NCBI GenBank assembly: GCA_016932875.1
Contig: JAFGBZ010000008.1
Coordinates: 1 to 35,963 of the forward strand
Origin: Candidatus Iainarchaeum sp.
GTDB taxonomy: Archaea > Iainarchaeota > Iainarchaeia > Iainarchaeales > JAFGBZ01
Direction: 5' to 3'
Length of the DNA stretch: 35,963 nucleotides
The translations under genes were made by a program, and so were the position numbers. A model generated the notes under the pieces. That model made no database searches. It saw only the letters and a list, made by a program, of their open reading frames with translations, and was not told where the DNA came from. This document shows positions 18,595 to 28,149 of the stretch, piece after piece (the first letter of the stretch is position 1; every line of letters begins with the position of its first letter).

Positions 18595-18721
18595 ATTGAA
18601 GAAATATAAAAAATTGAAATATAAAAACTAATTAACAGTAGTTGAAACATAAAAATTAGTCTGAAATATAAAAATTAGTCTTCAGACTAAGCAATAAAAA
18701 GAAGAAAATAATTAGTCTTCC
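18582..18721. repeat. Degenerate tandem repeats (GAAATATAAA / ATTAGTCT) with a 10-bp inverted repeat between convergent genes
   Basis: GAAA(T/C)ATAAA at 18586, 18601, 18616, 18644, 18663; TTAGTCTGAA (18656-18665) pairs with TTCAGACTAA (18681-18690). Confidence 0.7.
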
Positions 18722-18762
18722 GTTTAACTTATTGGAAAAAAAAGAAGCAGAAATAACTGTAA

Positions 18763-19029
18763 TTATTCTTTTACTTCTTCAATTTCTCTTTCATCGACAA
18801 TGAATACGTCGCTTACAGCAGTTACTGCAGAGTAAGGAATCTTAACAAGTCTGTCTTTTGAATGGACTGTTTTAGCAAACTTACTGTCCCTGTCAACTTC
18901 AACCAGTAAAGCTTCAATGTCTCCGCTGGATTCAGCTATTAACAGGTCAGAAAGGCGTCCTATTTCGTCTCCCCTGTTAGTGATTACTCTTTTAGTAGCC
19001 AACTGTCTTGCAATTGTGTACTTATACAT
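18763..19029 (-). CDS. PRC-barrel domain protein (CdpB-like family)
   Basis: LATKRVITNRGDEIGRLSDLLI...IPYSAVTAVSDVFIV is a typical PRC barrel; ATG 19029 preferred over TTG 19044. Confidence 0.88.
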   Translation of the reverse strand: MYKYTIARQLATKRVITNRGDEIGRLSDLLIAESSGDIEALLVEVDRDSKFAKTVHSKDRLVKIPYSAVTAVSDVFIVDEREIEEVKE

Positions 19030-19080
19030 TCCGTCATCCCTCAAAAAATATTATTTCTCTAACATAAAAAGGTTAACTAG

Positions 19081-19090
19081 TTTATAAATA
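19081..19090 (-). promoter_or_regulatory. TATA box for the PRC-barrel gene
   Basis: TATTTATAAA on the minus strand preceded by purine-rich AAAAAGCAA. Confidence 0.5.
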
Positions 19091-19278
19091 TTGCTTTTTA
19101 ATATACATAAAATAATGAATTTAATACTACTATAAGGTGAAAAAACACCAAAATCAGTTATGTATACGAGTATTTTTGGGTTATTTGCTGTTTTGAACTG
19201 GATTTTTTTACTATTTTTTTCAGATTTTTTTATAAAAAATGAAGCGTTTTTTATTTCTGTCGTTTAAATAAATTAAAG

Positions 19279-19956
19279 ATGTATAAAAAAATATTTTTTC
19301 TGGGTTTAATTTTTTTAATTTTTTTTGGATGCGTTAATTCAGGCAATGAATCAAATAACAATACAATTAATGAGGTTAATAATGCTGAAAATTTAGAAAA
19401 TGTGATTGAAAATCCGGAAGATATTTTGCCGGAAAATACAATTAATGAAAATACAGAAGAAAATAATGAAACAGTAATTGAAAATACTGAATTAAATGAA
19501 AATGAAAATAATCCAGAAGAAAATGAAATTAATAATGAAGAAGAAAATGGTTCTGATGATTCTGGTTATATGGGTGCTTTACCTGATTTGGTTGCTAAAA
19601 CTCTTATATTGAAATCAAATTCAAAAGCAGGCGATGAAAGAGCTGAATTTACTTTTGTTGTAACTAATTCTTCTCCTGTACCAATTTCATTGAATGATAA
19701 TTCAATTGTAATTAAATTAATTGATATAGATAATAATCAGGAAATTGCTTCATTTAAGGACGGCCCTTATATTGAATTAACCAGATTTCTTGCAAACGGA
19801 AGAATGGCTTATCCTTTAACCACAATAAAAAATCCTGAATTTTTAAAAACCCCGGGAATTAAAAGACTTAAAGGAATTGCAGATTATACTAATGACGTGG
19901 AAGAAAAAAACGAAGAAAACAATGAAGTTATTTATGAAATTGAAATAAAAGAATAA
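19279..19956 (+). CDS. Putative lipoprotein with N/E-rich linker and CARDB-like domain
   Basis: MYKK, hydrophobic stretch, FFGC lipobox-like motif; LPDL...ADYTNDVEEKNEENN. Confidence 0.85.
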   Translation: MYKKIFFLGLIFLIFFGCVNSGNESNNNTINEVNNAENLENVIENPEDILPENTINENTEENNETVIENTELNENENNPEENEINNEEENGSDDSGYMGALPDLVAKTLILKSNSKAGDERAEFTFVVTNSSPVPISLNDNSIVIKLIDIDNNQEIASFKDGPYIELTRFLANGRMAYPLTTIKNPEFLKTPGIKRLKGIADYTNDVEEKNEENNEVIYEIEIKE

Positions 19957-20017
19957 ATTATAAAATTGAAAAACAAGAATTAAATACTTGATTGAATGAA
20001 GTTTATAAGGTGGTTTA

Positions 20018-20260
20018 TTGGCTGAAGCAAAAAAAAGTTTTTTTTCAAATAAATTTACATTGATTGCACTGGCTTTATTGATAGGAGTTGTTATCGGCGG
20101 TTATTTAATGCATGTATTCATCGAACCTGAATTAAATAAGGATTCAGTTTCAGAAATGAATTCCTTGAAATCAACCAATTCATTGCTTGATGAACAAGTA
20201 AGTGCTTTAAGCGACTGCTTAAAAAAAGTAAATATTGATCCTAATTCCTGCGGGAAATGA
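20018..20260 (+). CDS. Small single-pass membrane protein
   Basis: TTG start after AGGTGG; one TM helix, short coiled coil, two C-terminal Cys. Confidence 0.75.
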   Translation: MAEAKKSFFSNKFTLIALALLIGVVIGGYLMHVFIEPELNKDSVSEMNSLKSTNSLLDEQVSALSDCLKKVNIDPNSCGK

Positions 20261-20261
20261 A

Positions 20262-20843
20262 TTATTTTTTAATTATTTCTCCTTTTGGTTTTATTTCTTT
20301 GAATATTTCTGCTTCAAAGAATTCGATTTTAATGTTTTTTTCTTTCCATGCATTTTTATTTAATCCTGCTTTTTCACAAGTCCATTCAAGAAATGTTTTT
20401 GAATCAATTTTATATTCTGTTGCAACCTGCGGAAGCAGTAAACCTGAATGCATTGAATCTGAAACAATTAACCCGTGTTTACCAATAATTATTTTTTTTA
20501 AAAGCTCTTCTTTTTTGCATTTGAATTCCTGCGGAGCAGTTAAAACTGAAACCTCAAAAACTATTTTTTCAAGCTCTTCTTCAATTAAAGAAGGAAATCT
20601 TGGATCCTGAAAGCATGCGTTAAATGCTGCATGAATAATTAATTCGTTTAAAGGATAAATCGGCTGAGTATAACCAATGCATCCTCTTAGTTCTTTTTCA
20701 GGAAATGCATTGATTGTAACAAATGCTCCTCCGAATTCATCTGAACTTTTTTCAGTTGATTCAAATAATTTTCTGTGATTAAAAAAATATTCAATGGATT
20801 TTCTTGCAAGTTTAACAAGTTTTTTTCCTTCAATTAAATTCAA
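20262..20843 (-). CDS. AMMECR1-family protein (AmmeMemoRadiSam protein A)
   Basis: GAFVT, LRGCIG, DPRFP, EVSVLT, GLLLPQVA, CEKAGL. Confidence 0.95.
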   Translation of the reverse strand: MNLIEGKKLVKLARKSIEYFFNHRKLFESTEKSSDEFGGAFVTINAFPEKELRGCIGYTQPIYPLNELIIHAAFNACFQDPRFPSLIEEELEKIVFEVSVLTAPQEFKCKKEELLKKIIIGKHGLIVSDSMHSGLLLPQVATEYKIDSKTFLEWTCEKAGLNKNAWKEKNIKIEFFEAEIFKEIKPKGEIIKK

Positions 20844-20858
20844 TTAAATCACTAAAAG

Positions 20859-21455
20859 TTAATCAAATTCTCCTTTACGAATCTGAAGCATTAAATCATC
20901 AGATATTTCCCTTGTTTTTATTCTTTCTTTTTTTGATTCATTCATTGAAATCTTTTTTTCAGCTTTAACAATTATTTCTCTTGCCTGTTCAATGTAAACT
21001 GAATCAATTCTTGATTCAAGTCTTACAAGTTTTTTCTGATTTGAATTAAGAATTTCTTTGTAGGTTTTTTCATCTATTTTGCGGGTGAAAAACTTTTTTT
21101 TTGCTTCATTGAATGAATGCATTAAAGCATCTTTTTCATTTAAAAGTTCATAAAATTTATCTTTTCTTTTTCCAGTAAATTTCATTGATTCCTGAGGTTT
21201 TAGTTTCTCCAGTTTCATTTTTGCATTAAGTAAAGCAATTTCTGCATTAATTTCAATTAATTTACGCTGATTTTCAGAATTAAGCAACTGAAATGCTTCT
21301 TGCGAAATCTCACGCTTGAAAAACTTTTTTTCGCCTAAACGCAGTTCATCCTCAATTTGTTTTTTTTGTGATTCAAATTTAGCTATCTTATTAGAGTAAA
21401 AAAGCCCATGAATTTTAAGCTTTAATTTAGAAAAAACACTGCACATAAAAACCAA
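20859..21455 (-). CDS. Helical hypothetical protein with two SHOCT-like repeats
   Basis: KKFFKREISQEAF and KKFFTRKIDEKTY repeats; start uncertain. Confidence 0.7.
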   Translation of the reverse strand: MVFMCSVFSKLKLKIHGLFYSNKIAKFESQKKQIEDELRLGEKKFFKREISQEAFQLLNSENQRKLIEINAEIALLNAKMKLEKLKPQESMKFTGKRKDKFYELLNEKDALMHSFNEAKKKFFTRKIDEKTYKEILNSNQKKLVRLESRIDSVYIEQAREIIVKAEKKISMNESKKERIKTREISDDLMLQIRKGEFD

Positions 21456-21497
21456 GAATAAATAAGGAAAAGAAGAATAAAAAATTATGGATTGATA

Positions 21498-21845
21498 TTA
21501 ATCAAGCGCAAGAGTTGTTTTTATTGCTATATCAACTCGATGCATTGATTCATTTGAAAGTTTTCCTATTTTTTTAATAACTCTGTCTTTAACAGAAATT
21601 GCCCTTAATTGTGTGCACAATATTGTGCTTTTTTCTTTCAGCTCAGAATCCAAAGAAGAAACAATAACAATTGTAGGATATTCTTTTTCAGGAATTTTTG
21701 AAGTTAAAGGAACAACAGTAGTTATTGAACTTAATTTATTCAAAATATTGTTTTGAACAACTAAACAAGGCCGTATTTTTCCTTGCTCTGAACCAAAAAC
21801 AGGTTCCAAATTAACTAAAACAATGTCTCCGCGTTCAACAATCAT
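21498..21845 (-). CDS. mazF: MazF/PemK-family toxin (endoribonuclease)
   Basis: RGDIVLVNLEPVFGSEQGKIRPCLVVQNN, VVPLTS, CTQLRAIS. Confidence 0.95.
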   Translation of the reverse strand: MIVERGDIVLVNLEPVFGSEQGKIRPCLVVQNNILNKLSSITTVVPLTSKIPEKEYPTIVIVSSLDSELKEKSTILCTQLRAISVKDRVIKKIGKLSNESMHRVDIAIKTTLALD

Positions 21846-22095
21846 CTAAAACCACGTCAGCTTCTTTGCTTGCATGCTTCCACTCTTCATCAACTTCTTT
21901 TTCCAGCCAAGAATATTTTTCAAAATATTCCTTGATTAATTCCTCTTTTTCTTTTTGCGGTTTTTCAACAACTATTTTTTTTTCTTCTATTTTAACAATT
22001 AGTTTATCTTTTGGATTTAAACCCGCTATTTCACGAATTGATTTAGGAATTGTTATTTGTCCTCTTTCACCCATTATAGTAATACTTTCATACAA
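21835..22095 (-). CDS. AbrB/MazE/SpoVT-family antitoxin
   Basis: MGERGQITIPKSIRE swapped-hairpin motif, acidic tail, 11-nt overlap with the toxin; likely TTG start at 22095 after GGTGA. Confidence 0.9.
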   Translation of the reverse strand: MYESITIMGERGQITIPKSIREIAGLNPKDKLIVKIEEKKIVVEKPQKEKEELIKEYFEKYSWLEKEVDEEWKHASKEADVVLDDC

Positions 22096-22105
22096 AAAAA
22101 TCACC

Positions 22106-22124
22106 TTACATACTTTTACATACT
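22106..22124 (-). promoter_or_regulatory. Direct-repeat operator candidate of the TA operon (TTACATACT x2)
   Basis: Copies at 22106-22114 and 22116-22124, downstream of a minus-strand TTTAAATA at 22159-22152. Confidence 0.6.
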
Positions 22125-22218
22125 AAATCATATTAATTCATATTTTAAACTTATTTAAATCAACTAATACGTTTATCAACGTAATAATTTAAATAATTTG
22201 CGCTTCTGAGATTAAGAT

Positions 22219-25200
22219 ATGAATAAATTTTCGTTGTTTGTCTTAATCTTGTTTTTGTTGTTTTTCTGCGCTTGTTCTGAACAAAGCGAGGCTGAAAGGC
22301 TTGCATGCATTAATTATTCTTCTTTTTATTCTAATTCTGTTCCTGACTGCAGCAGCTCTGAAGACTGCCTTAAAAAAGTTAAAACTGCATTTAGTCTTGA
22401 AACTGAGTTTTTGAGCACAAATATTTCATGGGAAACAGACAAATATCTTTTTCACACCGCAAAATCATGGTTTTATTTTTCTGAAGCAAAAAAAAATCTT
22501 AAAGAAATTTATTCTTCATGTGTTAAAGGAAAAGAATTTTCTTCAACTGCTAAAAATGCAAATGAGTTAAGCAATAACATAAATCAGCTGTTTAAAGAAA
22601 TTGATTCGAGTACAAAAGAATCAATAATTATTCTTTCATTAATTGACGCTGAACTTAAAGAACAGGATATTAACCTTGCAAGAGAAACTGCTTTGTTCAG
22701 AACACATTCAAAAGTAATTGAAAATATTAACCAAGCAGGACATCCTGAACTGAAATTTGGTTCTGATTTATATTATGCTTCTTATCTTTCACGAGTTAAA
22801 GAATTCAAGAGTTTTCTTGAAATAAAGGAAGTGGATTTTATTGATTCGTTTAAAATTTCTGTTGCTGAACTTATTGAAAAATTTTTTCCAGAATTAAAGA
22901 AAAAAATCCCGTTCAAGGAATTTTTTGTTCCGCTTATTGCTGAAATTACAATAGAAAAAGTAAATTTATCTATTGAAGGAATGATTCTGCATGATTCGGT
23001 TGCTGTAATGAAAGGAATTAGCGCCCAGAAAGCAGTTGAAGCAATTGACGGGTTTGTTTCAGCGCAAAATAGCTCTGTTGCAATGAAATTTATTTCAATT
23101 ATAAAAGAAATTAATGAAACCAAAAAAGAATTTGAAAAAAAAATACAGGAAATGATTAATTTATCAGAAAAAAAGATAAATGCCTCAGAGGAAACCCTGA
23201 AAAATATTTCTTTCAGTTTCGATGAATTCACTTCTGAAGTGCTTCAAGAACTCGCATCAAATTCAGGGGAAGTGATTGTAAAAACAAGTGAAACTGATTT
23301 TTCACTTTCTTCATTCAAAGAAAATGAAATGAAAAAAATAAATGAAATTAAGCTTGAACTGAATGAATTTAAAATTGAAAAATCAACTGAAAAAATATCT
23401 TTAGGACAGGAATATGCAACAGCAAAAAAAATTTATGATGAAACAGAAAAAATCAGCAAAGAAATAGATTATTTCAGCAATGAAGAAAAAAATTCAATTT
23501 ATTTTTTATGCGAAAGCAGAGTATCTGAAATAAAGGAAATAATTTATGCATTCAATCAGTTTTCTTCAAATGAAATTGAAGCAGTTGCTTCAGCAGTAAA
23601 ATTCAATATTGCATTATTTGAAAAATCATCAGAAGAAAAAAAACTTGAATTATGCCCTAAAATAATCAATAAATTTATTGAATTCAGAAGCGCTGAAAAC
23701 AATGAAGAACTATTTATTGAAAACAGTGTTCTTGAAAGCAAAGAATGTGTTTTATTGCTCCGCGAAATGATTTCAAGTAAAATTTTAAGTGATTTCAGGT
23801 TTGCTTTTGAAAAACTGGTTTTAAAGGAAAACAATTATGAATCGCTTCAGGAATGCATTGGATTAAAGGAAAACATGATTAAAGCAGTGTTTGGCTCAAA
23901 AGAATTCATTGAATTTGAAGAAAACCTGACTGAATTTGAAGAAATTGTTTTATCATTGAAATTAATTCCTTCTGCTAAAAACAGTTATGGATTAGAAAAA
24001 AAGCTTGAATTTTACTCTGAATTCAAAAAAGAAAGCAAAATAACTGAATTTCTTAAAAAATCAAATTTAACTGAAGAAATCATTAAAGAAACAGAAAATG
24101 CTGAAAAAATTCTTAAAGAAGAACTTGTTTTATTTATTGAACGAAATGCATTAATTGAAACAGGGCTTAATGAAGCAGTAAAAGCAGGAGAAAAAATAAA
24201 TTCAGTTACAAAAATAAAGTTATTTAATCCTTCAAATGCTTTTGAAGAAAAAATTTCAGTTGAACTCAAATTCAGCGCAGAAAACGCTGAACTGATTTAT
24301 TCTTCTGCAGATTGCACTGCTGAATTTGAAAAAGAAAAAATTATTATTTATTTTATTTCGCTTCCTGAACGAGAAACAATTCTTGAAATCAATTCATTAA
24401 TTATGCCTGCAACTTTAACTGAAACAGAAAAACTAATTTCAATAACCCAAAATAAAGCACTTTTTATGAAAACAATTACAGTAAATGCATCGCAGAAAAT
24501 AAGCCTGCTTCAGATTGAAACAATAATACCAAATAACAGTTCAGAGATAAGCATTCTGAGAAACAGCAAATTAATTGAATTTGAAAAAACAGAGGAAAAA
24601 CTTTCTTTTTATCTTTCACAGTCTGAAAATAAGGATAAAATTGAAGTGTTTTATTCTTTTTTTAATCCGATTAAAACTGTTTTTGAGCTTTCTGAATTAA
24701 AAGATGAAACTGAAACAGAAAAAGAATACACTTACAAGTTTAAAATTGAAAACCTGCTTTCAGAGAAAATTGATTTAATTGAATTAATGCCTTTGCTTCC
24801 TTCAAATAATTCAATTGTATCACAGTTTATTGAAAATGAAAAAAACATTTCAGTTAAAACTGAAAACATGAAAACAATTATTTCAGTTAAAAATCTTCAA
24901 GCAAAAGAAAAAAGAGAATTTACTTTAATTGTAAAAACTTCACAGGAAAAAGAATTCTGGGAAAATAAATTCAATGAATTAAAAGAAGAACTGCTTATTT
25001 TAGATAAACAAGAAACTGCTGAACTTCTTGAAAAAATAAATGCCCTTGAAGCAGTATTCACTACTTCAAAGAAAAATATAACTGAATTCACTAAACTAGA
25101 AAAAGAAGCAAATGAAATAATAAAAAAAAGCAATGAAGAAAAAGAAAAAGAAGCAGAATTCATGCTTTTGCGCTTGAATGCAGAAGAAAGACTTTCAGAA

Positions 25201-26265
25201 GAAATTGCTTTACTTGAAGAAAACGAAAGCATTTCATTGCAGGAAAAATATTCTGAAATGCGCGCACTGCTCTTGCAGGCAGATGAAGCAAAATCATTAG
25301 GAAATATTGATTTGGCTCTTTCATTAATTAAAAGCTTTTCAGGAAAATTAATTGAACTGCCTTCTTCTCTTGAAAAAGATTCATTCATTGAAAGAAAAAA
25401 CGAAATAACTGGAAAAGCAAATTCAGCAGTTGAAAAAGCAGCTTCTTTAGGACTTGAAAGAAGGTTGAGCGCTGAAAAAAAAGAATTAAGTGCGTTAGAA
25501 GAAGAATTTTCTTCAGCGATTACAGAAGGAAAGCTTGGAAGCGCAGAGCAAGTGTTGCAGAAAATGAATGAAAAAGAAAAAGAACTGGAAGAGAATTTAT
25601 TGCAGGAAATACAAAGTGAAATAAATAAAGTAAAGCCAAAAATAATGGAAACTGCAAAAAAAATAAATTTAATTCCTGAAAAAATTTCTGAATTAAAAGA
25701 ATTAATGAATGAATTTGATAAAGTAAAGGATTTGATTGATTATGTTGCTCCTACAACTAAAGAAAGAATTGAATCAATTGAAAAAGAATTTAAAGAAATT
25801 CCAGTAAAAGAATTAAATGGATTGATTCATGAAATTGTTTCATTAGAAGAAGCACTAGATTATGAAAATAAATTAATTAAATTAAATGAATTTAATGAAA
25901 AATATTCTGATTCAATGAAGAAAATTGATTCACTTTATGTTGAACTGAATTCTTCAGTTGAAAAAATAATGCAGGATTCAATGGTTTATTTTAATCTTGC
26001 TTCAAAGCAGGCATCAGGAGAAAAGGCTTTAGAAGCATTGGAAAAAGCAAAGCAGGCAATAGAAGAAAAAAAATTCATTAAATCAATTGCTTTCAGTAAA
26101 ACAGCAATGCTTTCAGCTTCAACAGGAAATGAAATTGATTTAAGTGCTTTTCCAATAGCAGTAATTCCTTTCATTCTTGTAGTAGTAGGAGTGATTGCAT
26201 TTAAATGGAAGCAAAAACAAGAAGACAAAAAACCTAAAAAGAAAAAAAAAGTAAAAGGAATTTGA
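22219..26265 (+). CDS. Large envelope protein: lipoprotein-like N-terminus, helical/coiled-coil regions around a beta-rich core, C-terminal TM
   Basis: 1348 aa; FLLFFCAC; C-terminal FPIAVIPFILVVVGVIAF plus Lys tail; TTTAAATA at 22188-22195 suggests a leaderless transcript. Confidence 0.85.
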   Translation: MNKFSLFVLILFLLFFCACSEQSEAERLACINYSSFYSNSVPDCSSSEDCLKKVKTAFSLETEFLSTNISWETDKYLFHTAKSWFYFSEAKKNLKEIYSSCVKGKEFSSTAKNANELSNNINQLFKEIDSSTKESIIILSLIDAELKEQDINLARETALFRTHSKVIENINQAGHPELKFGSDLYYASYLSRVKEFKSFLEIKEVDFIDSFKISVAELIEKFFPELKKKIPFKEFFVPLIAEITIEKVNLSIEGMILHDSVAVMKGISAQKAVEAIDGFVSAQNSSVAMKFISIIKEINETKKEFEKKIQEMINLSEKKINASEETLKNISFSFDEFTSEVLQELASNSGEVIVKTSETDFSLSSFKENEMKKINEIKLELNEFKIEKSTEKISLGQEYATAKKIYDETEKISKEIDYFSNEEKNSIYFLCESRVSEIKEIIYAFNQFSSNEIEAVASAVKFNIALFEKSSEEKKLELCPKIINKFIEFRSAENNEELFIENSVLESKECVLLLREMISSKILSDFRFAFEKLVLKENNYESLQECIGLKENMIKAVFGSKEFIEFEENLTEFEEIVLSLKLIPSAKNSYGLEKKLEFYSEFKKESKITEFLKKSNLTEEIIKETENAEKILKEELVLFIERNALIETGLNEAVKAGEKINSVTKIKLFNPSNAFEEKISVELKFSAENAELIYSSADCTAEFEKEKIIIYFISLPERETILEINSLIMPATLTETEKLISITQNKALFMKTITVNASQKISLLQIETIIPNNSSEISILRNSKLIEFEKTEEKLSFYLSQSENKDKIEVFYSFFNPIKTVFELSELKDETETEKEYTYKFKIENLLSEKIDLIELMPLLPSNNSIVSQFIENEKNISVKTENMKTIISVKNLQAKEKREFTLIVKTSQEKEFWENKFNELKEELLILDKQETAELLEKINALEAVFTTSKKNITEFTKLEKEANEIIKKSNEEKEKEAEFMLLRLNAEERLSEEIALLEENESISLQEKYSEMRALLLQADEAKSLGNIDLALSLIKSFSGKLIELPSSLEKDSFIERKNEITGKANSAVEKAASLGLERRLSAEKKELSALEEEFSSAITEGKLGSAEQVLQKMNEKEKELEENLLQEIQSEINKVKPKIMETAKKINLIPEKISELKELMNEFDKVKDLIDYVAPTTKERIESIEKEFKEIPVKELNGLIHEIVSLEEALDYENKLIKLNEFNEKYSDSMKKIDSLYVELNSSVEKIMQDSMVYFNLASKQASGEKALEALEKAKQAIEEKKFIKSIAFSKTAMLSASTGNEIDLSAFPIAVIPFILVVVGVIAFKWKQKQEDKKPKKKKKVKGI

Positions 26266-26274
26266 TTAATTCCT

Positions 26275-27531
26275 TTAAATCATGCTTTTCTTAAAATAAA
26301 AGTAAATTAATACAATTATTCCGATTATTGCTAAAACCGCGCTTGCAATTAATTCTAATGGAACTCCTGGATTTTCAAATGCAATCATTGTTTTCTCGCA
26401 GTTAAATGAAAGAAGATAATCAGGAATTAATGCATTGCATTCAATTGAATGAATTCCTTCAACTGATGAAAGCAGGATTAAATCAAATTCTTTTGATTCA
26501 GCTGCTTTAAGTTCAAATGATTCAAATGAAGTTGCTGAAACACTTAATTCAGGAGAAGAAAAAAGTGAAAGATTAATTGAAGGCGCGTCAACTACTCCAA
26601 TGTTTTTTACAATTAATTTTATTGGAATTTCTGAATCAATGAAATGAGTTGAATCAGGAACAACTAATATTGGCGCTAATTCAACTTTTGGGGCAACAAC
26701 ATCTAAATAAAGTCTGTTTGATTCAATTCCAGAAATTTTGTCTCCAAAAAAGTTTTCATATTCAAGAATTGCAGGAAGCAATGAAAGTTTTCCTACTTTT
26801 CCAATTCTAATTAAATAAGAAAATGTTGCTTCTCCTGGTTTAACACAGCCAAAAGAATTCCATTCACTGCATGGAGGAACTGTTCCGGAAAAAGTGCTTT
26901 TGCCTGAAACAAATTTAACCCAAGGAGTTCTGTTTTCAAGTTCTGATTTTCTGTAAATAACTGAAACTTTTTGTTCTACTGCACCGTAATTTTTTAAAGT
27001 AATTAAAACAGTTAAGTCTTTTCCTGCAACTGCTTCATCAAGCAGATTCATTTCAAAAGATTTTTCTCTTTCAATTGCAGGAGCAGAATACCAGCCGAAA
27101 AATGAATCAGAAAAAAATTCTATTTTAGGAGAAGAATTTGACGTTTTGGCGCAGATTTTAAGTTTATTTGATTTTTTTATTGCATCAGAAGGAACATAAA
27201 TTCTTTTCCAGCCATTCACTGAAGTGTCTGAACCAGAAATATTTGCAAGTTCAAAAGAAGAAAATTCATTAATAAGAGAATCATTAAGATAAACTGATGC
27301 AAAAGAAGTATTGTTTTTTTGCCCGAAAAAATCAAAATGAAGAGAGAAAACAGGAATTAATTGAAATGAATTTACATCAGACATGAAATCCATTTCAATG
27401 CATTTGCTTTCATTCAATGAATCAAAAACAATTCCAGAATAACCTAAATCACTGAAAACCAGTTCAGTTTCCTGTGCAAAAACACTTAATGAAAGCAATA
27501 AAAAAAATATTAAAACAAATTTTTTCCCCAT
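26275..27531 (-). CDS. Secreted, C-terminally anchored protein with Ig-like (BatD/CARDB-like) domains
   Basis: Signal peptide ending SVFA; LLPAILEYEN; LIVKNIG; C-terminal TM; AAGGTGG SD. Confidence 0.85.
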   Translation of the reverse strand: MGKKFVLIFFLLLSLSVFAQETELVFSDLGYSGIVFDSLNESKCIEMDFMSDVNSFQLIPVFSLHFDFFGQKNNTSFASVYLNDSLINEFSSFELANISGSDTSVNGWKRIYVPSDAIKKSNKLKICAKTSNSSPKIEFFSDSFFGWYSAPAIEREKSFEMNLLDEAVAGKDLTVLITLKNYGAVEQKVSVIYRKSELENRTPWVKFVSGKSTFSGTVPPCSEWNSFGCVKPGEATFSYLIRIGKVGKLSLLPAILEYENFFGDKISGIESNRLYLDVVAPKVELAPILVVPDSTHFIDSEIPIKLIVKNIGVVDAPSINLSLFSSPELSVSATSFESFELKAAESKEFDLILLSSVEGIHSIECNALIPDYLLSFNCEKTMIAFENPGVPLELIASAVLAIIGIIVLIYFYFKKSMI

Positions 27532-27605
27532 AATCCCACCTTAAAAAAGTTTCAACAGCTAAATGATGAAAAAAAAGTTAAATAAAGAGAATGGTTAAGA
27601 AAAAA

Positions 27606-28082
27606 TTAATTTAATTTCTTTAATTCACTTAAAATTTTTTTAACAGGAACTTCAATTTTTCCAGAAGAATCGATGTTTGTTATGTAGACGTAGTTTTTGC
27701 TTGCTTTTTTAAGACAGTAATCAGTTTCTTCACAAAAGATATTGTCAAGAATTTTTTCATCTGAATAACCGCGTTTTTTCATTCTTTTTTCAAGAATACT
27801 GCTATTTGCATGAAGAACAACGCATAAATTCGCAGGAATTTTCATTTCACATAATAAATGCCCTTCAATTACTTGGTTTTTTTCTTTTTTTAATGAAATT
27901 AGGAGCTTTTTCTGCATTTTTTTTACATCAATTTCAATTTCTTTTTCTTTATTTAATTTTCCTAATTTATGTGTTAAAGCAAATTCTTTTTCATTAATTA
28001 CTTTAAATCCAAGCTTTTTGCTTAATTCTTTTGCAATCTCGGTTTTTCCTGTTCCAGGAGTTCCAGTAATAACTAAAATCAT
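27606..28082 (-). CDS. Archaeal adenylate kinase AK6/Fap7 (hCINAP) family
   Basis: ITGTPGTGKT Walker A, VIEGHL, LEKRMKKRGYSDEKILDN. Confidence 0.9.
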   Translation of the reverse strand: MILVITGTPGTGKTEIAKELSKKLGFKVINEKEFALTHKLGKLNKEKEIEIDVKKMQKKLLISLKKEKNQVIEGHLLCEMKIPANLCVVLHANSSILEKRMKKRGYSDEKILDNIFCEETDYCLKKASKNYVYITNIDSSGKIEVPVKKILSELKKLN

Positions 28083-28149
28083 ATTATAACATTAAAACGA
28101 AAAATTAAAGAATTAAAGAGAAAACTAATTACACCTTATTGAATTAATT

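Noticed and set aside
18582..18721. CRISPR array
   Set aside because: Repeats are 10-19 bp, degenerate and lack unique spacers; no cas genes.
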